Of a DNA stretch of 64,000 bases, positions 20,936 to 31,097 are shown piece after piece (the stretch's first letter is position 1; each line of letters starts with the position of its first letter). Under the pieces are notes generated by a model. That model searched no databases, had not been told where the DNA came from, and was given only the letters and a program-made list of their open reading frames with translations. A program made the translations under genes and the position numbers. The stretch comes from Gemmatimonadota bacterium (lineage in GTDB: Bacteria > JBHIER01 > G020348925). The stretch is from the NCBI GenBank assembly GCA_020348925.1, contig CP070758.1, positions 2,991,688-3,055,687 of the forward strand, given 5' to 3'.

Positions 20936-23365
20936 ACGGCACTCGGCATCACCTGTCAGAGGAGTGATACCCAGGATGTGGTTGACCACAGCCAGCACGT
21001 CGAGCACGTCGGTGCCACCGTCGCCGTTGGCGTCCCCTCTCGTCCCCTCGCACGTACCGCCGCACAAGCCCGGCCATGAGATGGTGGCTTGAATGACCGC
21101 ATCGCAATCCTGACCACCTGCTGCCTCGATTCGCTTCCACTCGTTCTTCTCGAACTCGAAGGAATTTGAGGGCGGATCCGGATCCACGGCATAGGACAGT
21201 CGGATGGGATAATCCGTATCCTGGGTAACGACCTCGGCCCAGGTCCAGAAGACGCCTTCGTAACATCTCAGCTCTTCATAGCCGGAGAGATCGGCACCGT
21301 ACAAATTGTACATGTTCCAGGCATTATCGATATCAGGAAATCTATCCTCCGGAACATTGATCTCAATCGGTTCGATGAGATCCTCGCCAGGTTCTGTCTC
21401 CGTCCCTTCAGCCATAACATGGATTCTGACCGTCCCTTCGCCACTGGGAAACTGAAAGGCAGCCCGAACAATGTTGAATGTCGGAATGTCATCCGGGGGA
21501 ACGAATCGCATGGCCGGTCCCTCACCGATGCCCCAGTTCCCGATCCAGCTCGTCTCGTAATGGTGATCCATCAGAATGCCCTGGTTCGGAGGAGACACGT
21601 ATATCCAGGCCGTTTGCAAACTGTCGTTGGGCGGCCAATCGTCCGGCAGAAACTGATAGGCCAGGACGCGATAGACGCCCTCCTCGGCCGGCGTCCAGTC
21701 GAAACTGAAGGTTTGCTGCACACCGGCAGGCAGAATACCCTGAAAGGCCGTCGTCGGGGCAATAATCACCGTGTGGATCGAATCGCCGCCCAAGACGGTC
21801 CAGGTCGTATCCTCCACCTGATAGAAGAAGAAGGCGTTGATGTCTTCCAGACCGAAGTTCCACAACAGGAGATCGACCGTGGTCGTGTAGCCCGCCGTGT
21901 TCGGGAAATGAGCATCAATTCTCCGCACACCGGCGTCGTGGGCCGGAGCTCCTCTCGCTTCCACCATAAAGTCGTCGATATACATACCGATACCGTTTCC
22001 GCCGTCGTGATTTTTATCGGATTGAGGTGCGATTCGTATCTTGAACGAATCCGCGGCGGAATAGCGCGCCAGATCCATGGTACCGTTGTACAGGGTATCA
22101 TCGTTCTGTTGAGTCCAGAAGGGATTCATCCCGTTCCCTTCGGCAGTCGTATCTTCACAAAAGTCGGGAAACCGCATGTAGTCGTGCGTCAGAGCCGTCC
22201 AGAGAATCCCGTCAGTCGAAATCTCGATATTGTAGGAGTCGTCCAGCGTGTTGTCATCGTCTCCATCGGAGTCCGGTGCATCGATTAAAGTATAGAAGCT
22301 GAACCAGCCAAACATTCCACCGAAGGTCATCCATGGTGACTCGATCCACGTGGCGTCGAGGTCGAAATAATCGTCGAAATCGATGTGGTAGCTGTGAGTC
22401 GGGCTCCAGGAATCGTCCTCCGTCAGGGTCCAGTGATCACCTCTGACGACCTGATCAGGTATCAAGCCCCCTTGGTTTAAATTCCCATGGCCCTCGGCGT
22501 CGTCGAAGAAAATATTGCCCAAGCCCGGGTCATCGATGGAGAAATTGTCGATCAAAACGCCCCAGTACCCCGGCTGATCCGCGGGCTCCCCGCAGTCGTT
22601 TCCGCCCGGCAGGTAAAACGTTGAGAAACACCAGTCGCTCAGAAAATTGATTCGAATGACGATCTCCTGGCCGACATAGTCGCTCAGGTCGAACTCCACA
22701 TCGACCCAGCCGTGACTCGAATCGTTGAACACGGAGACGCCGCCGGGCACATAGATACCGTGAAACTCGTAAGCCTGGGACGTATCCCAGACAGCATTGT
22801 AGTCACCGACGGGAATGAGGAGATCATCAAAGGTCGCCCCACCGTCCGTTGAGACCCAGACATTCCACCCATCCCAATCCAGAGGCGGATCCGCCGACTC
22901 AGGATCGGAGGGTTCAACCGACCAGTTGGCCACCATGGTCAGGGTCGGGCTCGAAGCCTCCCTGAGATCGATCACCGGCGTCCGCAGCACCTGAAACCAC
23001 CAGTCACCGTACCCGTACAGGAGATCGTCCCCGTCATAGCCGTAGGCGATCTCACCGCACCACCAGGCGTTGCCGTCGTACATGCCACCCTCGGCGGTCG
23101 GGACATCATTCGTTGTGTGCCACTTGATCCCCACATCCGTCCCATCGACCGATTGCCACCCTTGCGTGCCGCCCTCAAAATCGTAGAAGTAGAGTGTCTC
23201 CACCTGAGCAGGCTCAAGGGTCTTCCAAGCAGGCTGAACGCGAGGTGTTTCAGCTGAGGTAACTTTCGGGGAGGTGTTCCGTATTTTGTCTCGCCCAAAA
23301 CCGAGAGAAACAAGAGCCACACACAGACACAGCGAAAGAACTATCGTAAAAACCTTTTTAGACAT
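20936..23365 (-). CDS. 5' part of a large secreted acidic protein: two jelly-roll (immune-inhibitor-A/MAM-like) domains, CARDB-like domain, dockerin
   Basis: Signal peptide; YDFEGG..W; STDGG; FDLSDYVGQ; G.YIDD; HDAGV...ND; GDANGDGGTDVLDVLAVVNHILG just before the gap. Confidence 0.75.
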
Positions 23366-23702
23366 CTAACCAACCCTCCTTGTTGTGAAATGTTTTCCTC
23401 TTAAGAATGTTGCACACTCAAACCTTCTCAAACTTTTCTCAACAACATCGATCGATCTCACCACCCCCTTTCCATTGTTCATTGATTACCTAAGACGAAA
23501 GAGTCCCGGACAGGACCCGGACGGACGTTAAAAGTGCGCGTTTCTCACCTCCCTCCACGAGAAAAAAACATATACAGTTAAGTATGGTCTGAAATAATTC
23601 AGACCAATGTCTGATTGTATTTGCCTGAAGTATTCATTATGTTGGGAATGTCACAGGGACACAGCTGAGGTTTTTCATCGCCTCTCCCAATAGGCACGCA
23701 CA

Positions 23703-23731
23703 AATTTACACGAAAAGGATAAAAAAGTCAA
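23703..23731 (-). promoter_or_regulatory. Promoter, implying a ~330-nt 5' UTR
   Basis: Minus strand TTGACT-N17-TAAATT. Confidence 0.55.
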
Positions 23732-23884
23732 GTCCTTTATAGCCAGTTAGGAGCATTTTTTCATCCTTACCCAAAGGTTCTTAGGATAGGATCGCTCCCC
23801 GGACCCTTATCACCTTATGTGTTTTTGAGCGAATTCGGATATCGACGAGTCCCCCACTCTCTGTGAGGACTGAATGCGGTTTTT

Positions 23885-24673
23885 CTACAGGTTATGCTTG
23901 ACGAAATCAACAGCGTTTTTGAAGATTTGAAGACCCTCCCCTTGCCTCGACCGGAAACCCCGAGTCCATCGAGGGTGATTCGTGGGATGAATATGGCGCT
24001 CGGGGTGGGGCATGAGTCCGAAAATGCGGCCAGTGCGATCGCATATTCCGGCTATGGCGTCCATCGAACCATTGGGATTCCACGGGTACTCCGCCGGCGC
24101 ACCCTGGGGATCCACGTATTGGCAAACAACCTGATTGTTTGCCCACAATTGCCTCATCGCATCATCATTACTGGTGACGAATTTGCCTTCGGCGTGGGCC
24201 ACCGGGATGTAGAGAAGGCCCTCCATACCCCGGGTAAAGACGCACCTCTTGTTATCCAATATCTTTAAATAGATCCACCTGTCCTCGAACTTCGCGGAGT
24301 CGTTCCAGGTGAGCGTGATGCGTTGAACCTCCCTCCCCTTGCCGTCGCCCGAAAGGAGGCCCGCCTTGACGAGCACCTGGAATCCATTGCAAATGCCGAG
24401 AATCAGTTTTCCGTCATCAATAAACTCTCGGATCGACTCCTGTAAATTGTACTTCAATTCATTGGCCAAAATCTTTCCGCCAGCAATATCATCACCGTAT
24501 GTAAATCCGCCCGGAATGACAAGGATGTGATAATTCGCAAGGTCCCGTTCCTTCCGCTTCAAGCGATTGATATGGACCAGTTCAGTCTCTGAGCCTGCCA
24601 ATTGAAAGGCATGATCGGTTTCGAGATCACAATTCGTCCCCGCGGCTCTGAGGATACACGTTTTGACTTTCAT
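23885..24673 (-). CDS. purQ: FGAM synthase glutaminase subunit
   Basis: GTNCD, PGGFTYGDD, GICNGFQ, AHAEG, MPHPER. Confidence 0.97.
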   Translation of the reverse strand: MKVKTCILRAAGTNCDLETDHAFQLAGSETELVHINRLKRKERDLANYHILVIPGGFTYGDDIAGGKILANELKYNLQESIREFIDDGKLILGICNGFQVLVKAGLLSGDGKGREVQRITLTWNDSAKFEDRWIYLKILDNKRCVFTRGMEGLLYIPVAHAEGKFVTSNDDAMRQLWANNQVVCQYVDPQGAPAEYPWNPNGSMDAIAGICDRTGRIFGLMPHPERHIHPTNHPRWTRGFRSRQGEGLQIFKNAVDFVKHNL

Positions 24674-24704
24674 GAAACATACTCCGAATACATGGGGGCT
24701 TCAA

Positions 24705-27566
24705 TCACCATCGCAGTGGCCTTTGCCAGGCTTCTTTCAATGCCTCGATGTGAGACGTCACCACCGGCCGCCCCTTCGAATCGCGTATTATGAAATCCTG
24801 CGCATCTGTTACGCGGCCAATGGGGGCACAGGGAACTTCCCGCATCGTCTCCTCGAACGCTTTTTGATGCGCCTGAGATACTTCCACTATGAATCGAGAA
24901 TTCGACTCGGAGAAGAGGATGCTATCATTTCGATGTACGGCACTTCCGAGAGGAACATCGCCCAAGTTGATATCCATTCCATAACCGCCCGCAAAAGCCA
25001 TCTCGGCTGCTGCCACGCCGATGCCACCCTCAGAACAGTCGTGACAGGCCCGGACCAACCCACGGGCAACAGCTCTGTGGAGTGTCTCCATGACCTTTTT
25101 CCCGTAGACCGGATCAACCTGAGGCACACTGTTTCCGATGAAATTGTTGAGAGCATAGTAATGCGAACCGCCCATCTCCTCCTTGGTGGTCCCCACGACA
25201 TAGACAACATCCCCGACACCTTTGGCATCCATCGATACCGCCTTCGTCACATCATCAATAATACCCATGGCCGAAACAAGAAGGGTATGAGGAATGGAGA
25301 TGTTTCGTTCGCCGTCGGAGAACTCATTGTTGAGGCTGTCCTTTCCGGATATGAAGGGCGTCCCATATCCTTTGGCAATATCATAACAGGCTTGGGCCGC
25401 CCGTACCAGAGCGCCCAATTTCGCCGGATCATCGGTATTGCCCCAACAGAAATTGTCCAGCAGCGCAATGCGCTCCAAGTTTCCTCCAACGGCCACAATC
25501 CCCCGCAGAGCCTCATCAATGGCCGAAGCAGCCATGTGATAGGGATCAATGTCACCGTATTTCGGATTGATACCGTTGGAGATAATGACACCTCGCTCGG
25601 ATGAAAGGATCGGACGAAAGACACAGGCATCACCGGGTCCGTCGTTATCCACCCCTACGAGAGGCTTCAGAACACTCCCCCCCTGCACTTCATGGTCGTA
25701 CTGCCGGATCACCCACTCCTTGGAGCACACGTTCCACGAAGAAAGAATGCCTTTCAGAGAGGGCGTCAGATCCTGGGGATCTTCAAAATCAGGCTCTGGA
25801 TGCGTGGGCTGTGACCACGTTGCTCTTCTCTGGGGTCGGGGGACACCATGGTGGAGAAACTCCATATCCAGATCGGCCACCGTCTCTCCTTCATACGTCA
25901 GTCGAAGCCTCTTACTATCGGTAAACTCGCCGATGACTGTGGCCTCCACATCCTCGCTCTCGAAAATGGACATGATTTCATCGATTTTTTGAGGATCAAC
26001 CGAAACGATCATCCGTTCCTGGGCTTCGGAGATCCATATCTCGGTATATGAGAGCCCCTTATATTTCAGCGGTACCTTTTCCAACTGAACGCTCGCTCCG
26101 ACACCGCTTCCCATCTCACCCACGGCTGACGAAAGACCGCCACCTCCACAATCCGTAATAGCCTTGTAGAGTCCTTTATCCCTGGCCTGGATGAGGGTAT
26201 CAACCATCTTCTTTTCTGTGATGGGATTTCCGATCTGGACTGCCCCGCTGGAGATCATTTCCGATTCCTCGGTCAATTCCGACGATGCGAAGGTCACGCC
26301 GTGAATGCCGTCCCGCCCGGTCCTCCCCCCCACCAGAATAATGACATCTCCGGATCGAACCTCTTTGGTGCTGCATTCCCTGGGGAGAATGCCGACGGTC
26401 CCGCAATAGACAAGAGGATTGCCGAGATACCGCTCATCGAAGAGAACGGCCCCATTGGCCGTCGGAATACCCATGCGATTCCCGTAGTCACGGACGCCCG
26501 CGACAACACCCTTGAAAACCCTTTTGGGATGAAGAGCACCCCGGGGCACCTCTTCGTGAGCCATATCCGGCGGACCGAAACAGAACACATCGGTGTTGAG
26601 TACCGGCTTCGCGCCCAAGCCTGTGCCCAACGGATCCCGGATAACCCCGCCGATACCGGTCCCTGCTCCCCCGTATGGCTCGATGGCGGAGGGGTGATTG
26701 TGGGTCTCAACCTTGAAACAGAGATTGTACGTATCGTCAAATTCAATGATACCGGCGTTGTCCTCGAAAACCGAGATGCACCATGCTTTGTCGAGCTCCC
26801 GCGTCACTTTCATGACCGTCTCTTTGAGCAGGTTATCAATGATTTGCCCCTCGTACTCCAAGATTCCGCGAAACGTTTTATGGACACAGTGTTCGGACCA
26901 GGTCTGGGCCAACGTTTCAAGTTCGACATCAGTGGGCTTTCGACCAAGCGCTCTGAAATGATCCCGAATGGCCTTCATCTCCGTCAGATCCAGGTACAAC
27001 TGCCCCTGAATGCTGAGTTTTTTAAGCTCCTCTTCATCGGCATGTTCCATATCGACATATTCTATGTGAAAAGTGTAGTCCGCAGTGCGAAGGTGAGCCG
27101 TCTCTCTCTCGCGAACCACATGTTGTATGACAGGATTCATGAGCAGCTTCTCGGTGATTCGATCCAGCTGCTCCTCAGAAATCCGCCCGGAGACAAAGTA
27201 CTTCTTCGCCGTCCTGATCGATTCGAGTCCCTGAATATCCAGATCTCGTATGGCCTTTGTGGCCGACTCTTCCACCGGGTCCATCACTCCAGAGTTGTAG
27301 GCAACCTCAACCACCATCTGCCCTCGCCTCGACTTCGGACCCTCTCCATCCCCGATCACGTACTCCTGGGTCACAGGATCAGCAACGAGATGCTCTCCGA
27401 TGCGTAGGATATCCTTTTTTGTAAGATCACCCACGATCGTATACACCTGGACGGTTTCAACCGACGTCACACCGGAGATGCCCAGGTCCTCGATGTCCTT
27501 TTTCAATCCCAATCCCAAAGCATCGAGAACACCGGGTCTGTTTCGTACTTCAATCCTCCATTCCAT
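24705..27566 (-). CDS. purL: FGAM synthase synthetase subunit with two N-terminal PurS-like domains
   Basis: QTWSEHCVHKTF, KVETHNHPSA, QYDHEV, ISGKDSLNNE; N-terminal duplicated (I/V)EV..GV.D..(D/N)PV modules. Confidence 0.96.
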   Translation of the reverse strand: MEWRIEVRNRPGVLDALGLGLKKDIEDLGISGVTSVETVQVYTIVGDLTKKDILRIGEHLVADPVTQEYVIGDGEGPKSRRGQMVVEVAYNSGVMDPVEESATKAIRDLDIQGLESIRTAKKYFVSGRISEEQLDRITEKLLMNPVIQHVVRERETAHLRTADYTFHIEYVDMEHADEEELKKLSIQGQLYLDLTEMKAIRDHFRALGRKPTDVELETLAQTWSEHCVHKTFRGILEYEGQIIDNLLKETVMKVTRELDKAWCISVFEDNAGIIEFDDTYNLCFKVETHNHPSAIEPYGGAGTGIGGVIRDPLGTGLGAKPVLNTDVFCFGPPDMAHEEVPRGALHPKRVFKGVVAGVRDYGNRMGIPTANGAVLFDERYLGNPLVYCGTVGILPRECSTKEVRSGDVIILVGGRTGRDGIHGVTFASSELTEESEMISSGAVQIGNPITEKKMVDTLIQARDKGLYKAITDCGGGGLSSAVGEMGSGVGASVQLEKVPLKYKGLSYTEIWISEAQERMIVSVDPQKIDEIMSIFESEDVEATVIGEFTDSKRLRLTYEGETVADLDMEFLHHGVPRPQRRATWSQPTHPEPDFEDPQDLTPSLKGILSSWNVCSKEWVIRQYDHEVQGGSVLKPLVGVDNDGPGDACVFRPILSSERGVIISNGINPKYGDIDPYHMAASAIDEALRGIVAVGGNLERIALLDNFCWGNTDDPAKLGALVRAAQACYDIAKGYGTPFISGKDSLNNEFSDGERNISIPHTLLVSAMGIIDDVTKAVSMDAKGVGDVVYVVGTTKEEMGGSHYYALNNFIGNSVPQVDPVYGKKVMETLHRAVARGLVRACHDCSEGGIGVAAAEMAFAGGYGMDINLGDVPLGSAVHRNDSILFSESNSRFIVEVSQAHQKAFEETMREVPCAPIGRVTDAQDFIIRDSKGRPVVTSHIEALKEAWQRPLRW

Positions 27567-27740
27567 AATTATAATCCCTTCAGAAATTATAATTCCTTCG
27601 GATTTTCAAAGGAAAAAGAACATTTACAATGTTAACACATTTTGAGGGGTCATGCAAGATTTTTTTAAAAAAATTCGTGATGACAGTCAAGGAATGAACC
27701 GAGAGGCTTCAAAGATCTCGACAGCGATGGAGAATTCCTG

Positions 27741-27769
27741 TTGACAAAAGTAAAAGAGTTTTTTATATT
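27741..27769 (+). promoter_or_regulatory. Near-consensus sigma70 promoter
   Basis: TTGACA-N17-TATATT. Confidence 0.7.
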
Positions 27770-27844
27770 TGCCCAAATTCTAAGATCGGCCGAACATGCC
27801 ACATTTCCGAGAGCACCGTCTCTTATTTTTTAAAAGGAGGATTC

Positions 27845-28006
27845 ATGTCAGGAAAGAGAAGCAAGAGTAAACAAGCCCGAACGAAAATGAAAATCCGTCA
27901 ACAGTACAAGGCCCGCATGAAGAGGAGGAAAGCGGAACTGAAAGTGAAGAAGGCGGCCGCGCCGGAGAAAACACCACAACCGCCAAAGGAGGAAACGGAC
28001 ACATAA
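27845..28006 (+). CDS. 53-aa highly basic small protein
   Basis: AAAAGGAGG then ATG; MSGKRSKSKQARTKMKIRQQYKARMKRRKAELKVKKAAAPEKTPQPPKEETDT; has its own promoter; absent from the ORF track. Confidence 0.75.
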   Translation: MSGKRSKSKQARTKMKIRQQYKARMKRRKAELKVKKAAAPEKTPQPPKEETDT

Positions 28007-28762
28007 GCGGATTACGACGTTCTCCTTCATATTTTTGGACATTTCAATCAGGATCTTTCGCCACAGAGGCACACAGATGAAGAAGCATAAAATGTACACT
28101 GATGTCAAAGGCATGCTCTGATCACACAAAACCTCTACAACGGTATATCCCCCTCTGTCTCCAACCTCTCCAGTGATTCTCCTTACACGCATCACCTTCC
28201 TCGCCTCATCCATTGTTCCATTCACACTACGTTGACCGAGAAAACATCCATTCCACACCACGATCATCTACTGCCCCCCAACTGACAAAAAAGTGTCAAT
28301 TTTCCCTTGACAATATTTGAATAGTTTAGTAAGTTGGTACAAAGACAGCACGCCCATCTGTATTGAGAAAGTAAACGTTTTGCATAATATTCAAAGTTGT
28401 CCCATTCAGACATTTTGCATTTTGGGCATTGAAAATTGCTCGCAAAAAATTTAAAAATTTTTTCAATATTTCTGCCATCTCAGCAACTAAATATTGATGA
28501 AACACACAAAAACTGTCCAGGTTAGAAAAATTCAAACCGCCGAAAGGAGATGATGCCTACGACATTCTTAATCCGGATGAAAGCGCAGAATGGAATTATT
28601 CAGATAACTGTGAACCTTTTTTATGGAGGCCTGTAATGGTACAGCGAATCAAAGATACATAACCAGTTTTCGTAATTTTTTCAACATTCACAGGTCGTAC
28701 GATGTTGAGGCTACTCTTAAAATATCCAACGGTTCAAACTTCTAAATGAAAGGAATTGGTAA

Positions 28763-30949
28763 ATGTTGAAAAAGGCCCTGATTCTCGCAGGTCTCGTGTG
28801 CAGCATTTTCATACTGCACGTAGATGTAGACACCCAGATTCCCCTTTCCGCATCTTCTCAATCGTTGACAATCGTAAAAAGGAAGCCGGTCAGCACAAAT
28901 GAAACAAGTAACATGCTGCGGGAAGGTGGTATTAGAGCAAGCGCTGCAGTTACCCGAGCTGAGCTGGACTCCTTTCTTCTCGACCAGATGGATGAACTCA
29001 ATGTGCCGGGACTTGCTGCTTCGGTCGTATTGGGGGATGACATCATCTGGTCCGGTGCTTACGGCTATGCAAACATCGATCAGGAGACCGAATTTACCGA
29101 TACGACCAGTTTCATTATATTTTCGGCGTGCAAACCTGTTGTTGCCACTGCGTTGATGCAGGTCTACGAAGACGGTCTGTTTCAGTTGGATGACGATATC
29201 AATGATTATCTCCCCTTTGAGGTGATACATCCGGACTACCCGAATGCCACCATCACACCCCAGATGCTTCTGACACACACTTCAGGTATTCAGGACAACT
29301 GGTCAGTTATACTTGGAGTTATTGTTTTTGGAGATAGTGACATGCCCTTGGGTGAATTCCTCGAGGAATATTTTACCCCGGGTGGAATATATTACGATGA
29401 GGATTTCAATTTTGAGCCGTGGGCGCCTGGTGAAGCATGGGATTACAGCAACATAGGAACGTGCGTTGCTGCCTATCTTGTCGAAGCCGTTACAGGCATT
29501 CCTTTCGATCAATACTGCAATGAGAATATATTTGCCCCGTTGGGCATGAGACATACATCCTGGTTTTTAGAGGATCTGGACATCAACAATGTCGCCATGC
29601 CCTACAGATATGATAATAGATTAGACACGTACGTCCCCTATGGACACATCGGCTTCCCCGACTATCCCGATGGACAGCTCAGGTCAAGTGCCCTCGATCT
29701 TGCCAATTTCCTCACTGCCTATGTGCAATACGGTCAATTTGATGGTGTGACAATCTTAGACAGCACAACCGTGGATCTCACGACCACCGTCTACGATCCT
29801 GAAGCTGTAAATGGACCTCAAGGATTTATGTGGTACGGAGGGAGATATTACGGTTACAATTGGTGGCGCCATGGAGGCGGTTATGACGGGTCCAATGCGA
29901 ATATAATGTTCAATCAGGAATTGAACGCTGGTACCGTAGTACTAACAAATGGAGATTTTTATTTCTCGAGTGCAGCTTGGACTATAATGATAAATAAGCT
30001 TGCGGAACTTGCCGCCACGGCCAGCCCCGATATCGCCATCAATCCAACGACAGTGGATGTTATGGTCGGGGAGAACGGAACCACGAGAGCGGAAATAACT
30101 ATCACCAATCCGGGTTTTCTGGACCTGACGTTTCAGATCACCGAAACCACAGACTGGCTTGAGGTGGGCCCATCGTCCGGCAGCGTTGATCCCGAGGGTG
30201 AATTCCTTGTTGAAATTATGGTTGACGCTTCGACCATGTCCACCGGAGAGTACACCGCGGAACTCACCATCGACAACAACGATCCTGACGATCCCCAGGT
30301 AATACTACCTGTCTCCTTGACAGTGGAAGCCGCCCGCGTTGTCGTCAGCCTGCCTTCGGCCGCCTCCTCGCCGGGAGCAATAGCTCAGGTTCCCCTCACC
30401 ATGGATAACCAGACTTGGCTCGCTGTCCCTGTGAGTCAATTGGATCTGGAATGTACCTTCGACCATACTCTGATTGAATGTACCGACATTCTCCCGGGAG
30501 AAGATGCTCAGCATATGAGCACTTTCGAGTGGAGCATCCCCGGCCCCGGAACACTCTCTCTCTCAATTTCAGATGACTCCGGAGATTTCATCGAGCCCGG
30601 CACAGGAACAATCGCTCAGATCGCTTTTCTCGTGGACGCTTCCGCGCCGGCCGGTGGGAACGCCGACATCCCAATCACCGATCTTCTTCTCAAAAATGAG
30701 TATGGAGAAGACATCACGTATGAAACCATAGATGGTACGATCACCTTCGGGATGCGGGGCGATGTCACGGCCGACGGTGCGGTGAACATCATCGATGCCC
30801 TCGCTGCCGTGAACATCGTCATTGCGGTCGAAACACCGACTGAAGCCGAATACTGGTCCGCCGACTGCAACGGGGACGGTAGTGTCAACATTGTGGATGT
30901 ACTGGGCATTGTTAATGTCGTCTTAGGCACAGGATCATGCTCAAATTAA
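28763..30949 (+). CDS. Secreted SxxK serine hydrolase (beta-lactamase/S12-like), Ig/BACON-like domain, cohesin, dockerin
   Basis: SACK, LLTHTSG, YSN, HGG; cohesin-like block with IEPGTGTIA; GDVTADGAVNIID...ADCNGDGSVNIVD; no sorting domain. Confidence 0.85.
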   Translation: MLKKALILAGLVCSIFILHVDVDTQIPLSASSQSLTIVKRKPVSTNETSNMLREGGIRASAAVTRAELDSFLLDQMDELNVPGLAASVVLGDDIIWSGAYGYANIDQETEFTDTTSFIIFSACKPVVATALMQVYEDGLFQLDDDINDYLPFEVIHPDYPNATITPQMLLTHTSGIQDNWSVILGVIVFGDSDMPLGEFLEEYFTPGGIYYDEDFNFEPWAPGEAWDYSNIGTCVAAYLVEAVTGIPFDQYCNENIFAPLGMRHTSWFLEDLDINNVAMPYRYDNRLDTYVPYGHIGFPDYPDGQLRSSALDLANFLTAYVQYGQFDGVTILDSTTVDLTTTVYDPEAVNGPQGFMWYGGRYYGYNWWRHGGGYDGSNANIMFNQELNAGTVVLTNGDFYFSSAAWTIMINKLAELAATASPDIAINPTTVDVMVGENGTTRAEITITNPGFLDLTFQITETTDWLEVGPSSGSVDPEGEFLVEIMVDASTMSTGEYTAELTIDNNDPDDPQVILPVSLTVEAARVVVSLPSAASSPGAIAQVPLTMDNQTWLAVPVSQLDLECTFDHTLIECTDILPGEDAQHMSTFEWSIPGPGTLSLSISDDSGDFIEPGTGTIAQIAFLVDASAPAGGNADIPITDLLLKNEYGEDITYETIDGTITFGMRGDVTADGAVNIIDALAAVNIVIAVETPTEAEYWSADCNGDGSVNIVDVLGIVNVVLGTGSCSN

Positions 30950-31097
30950 GTCAAAAACAAAACTACCAATTGTCGGAAGGAGGGATAAGGATCTGAATTG
31001 AAAGAGTGGTATCTCTTTACGGAAAGGGAATAAGCTCTTGTACATCATTTATTTGCCCGACTCACTTCCATTTATTGTCCGAAGAAAGGATCTGACG

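Noticed and set aside
19919-23365. Single 1148-aa ORF
   Set aside because: The frame is joined through a 100-N placeholder, so continuity is unsupported. Reported as two partial CDSs.
24663-27407. Plus-strand ORFs of 313 and 368 aa
   Set aside because: Antisense shadows of purL.
28421-28440. Sigma54 promoter (TGGGCATTGAAAATTGCT)
   Set aside because: GG-to-GC spacing is 11 nt, not the required 10.
28528-28600. c-di-GMP-I riboswitch (CAAACCGCCGAAAGG)
   Set aside because: The GGCAAAC start, the stem around GAAA and the downstream GACGCAAA core are not properly present.
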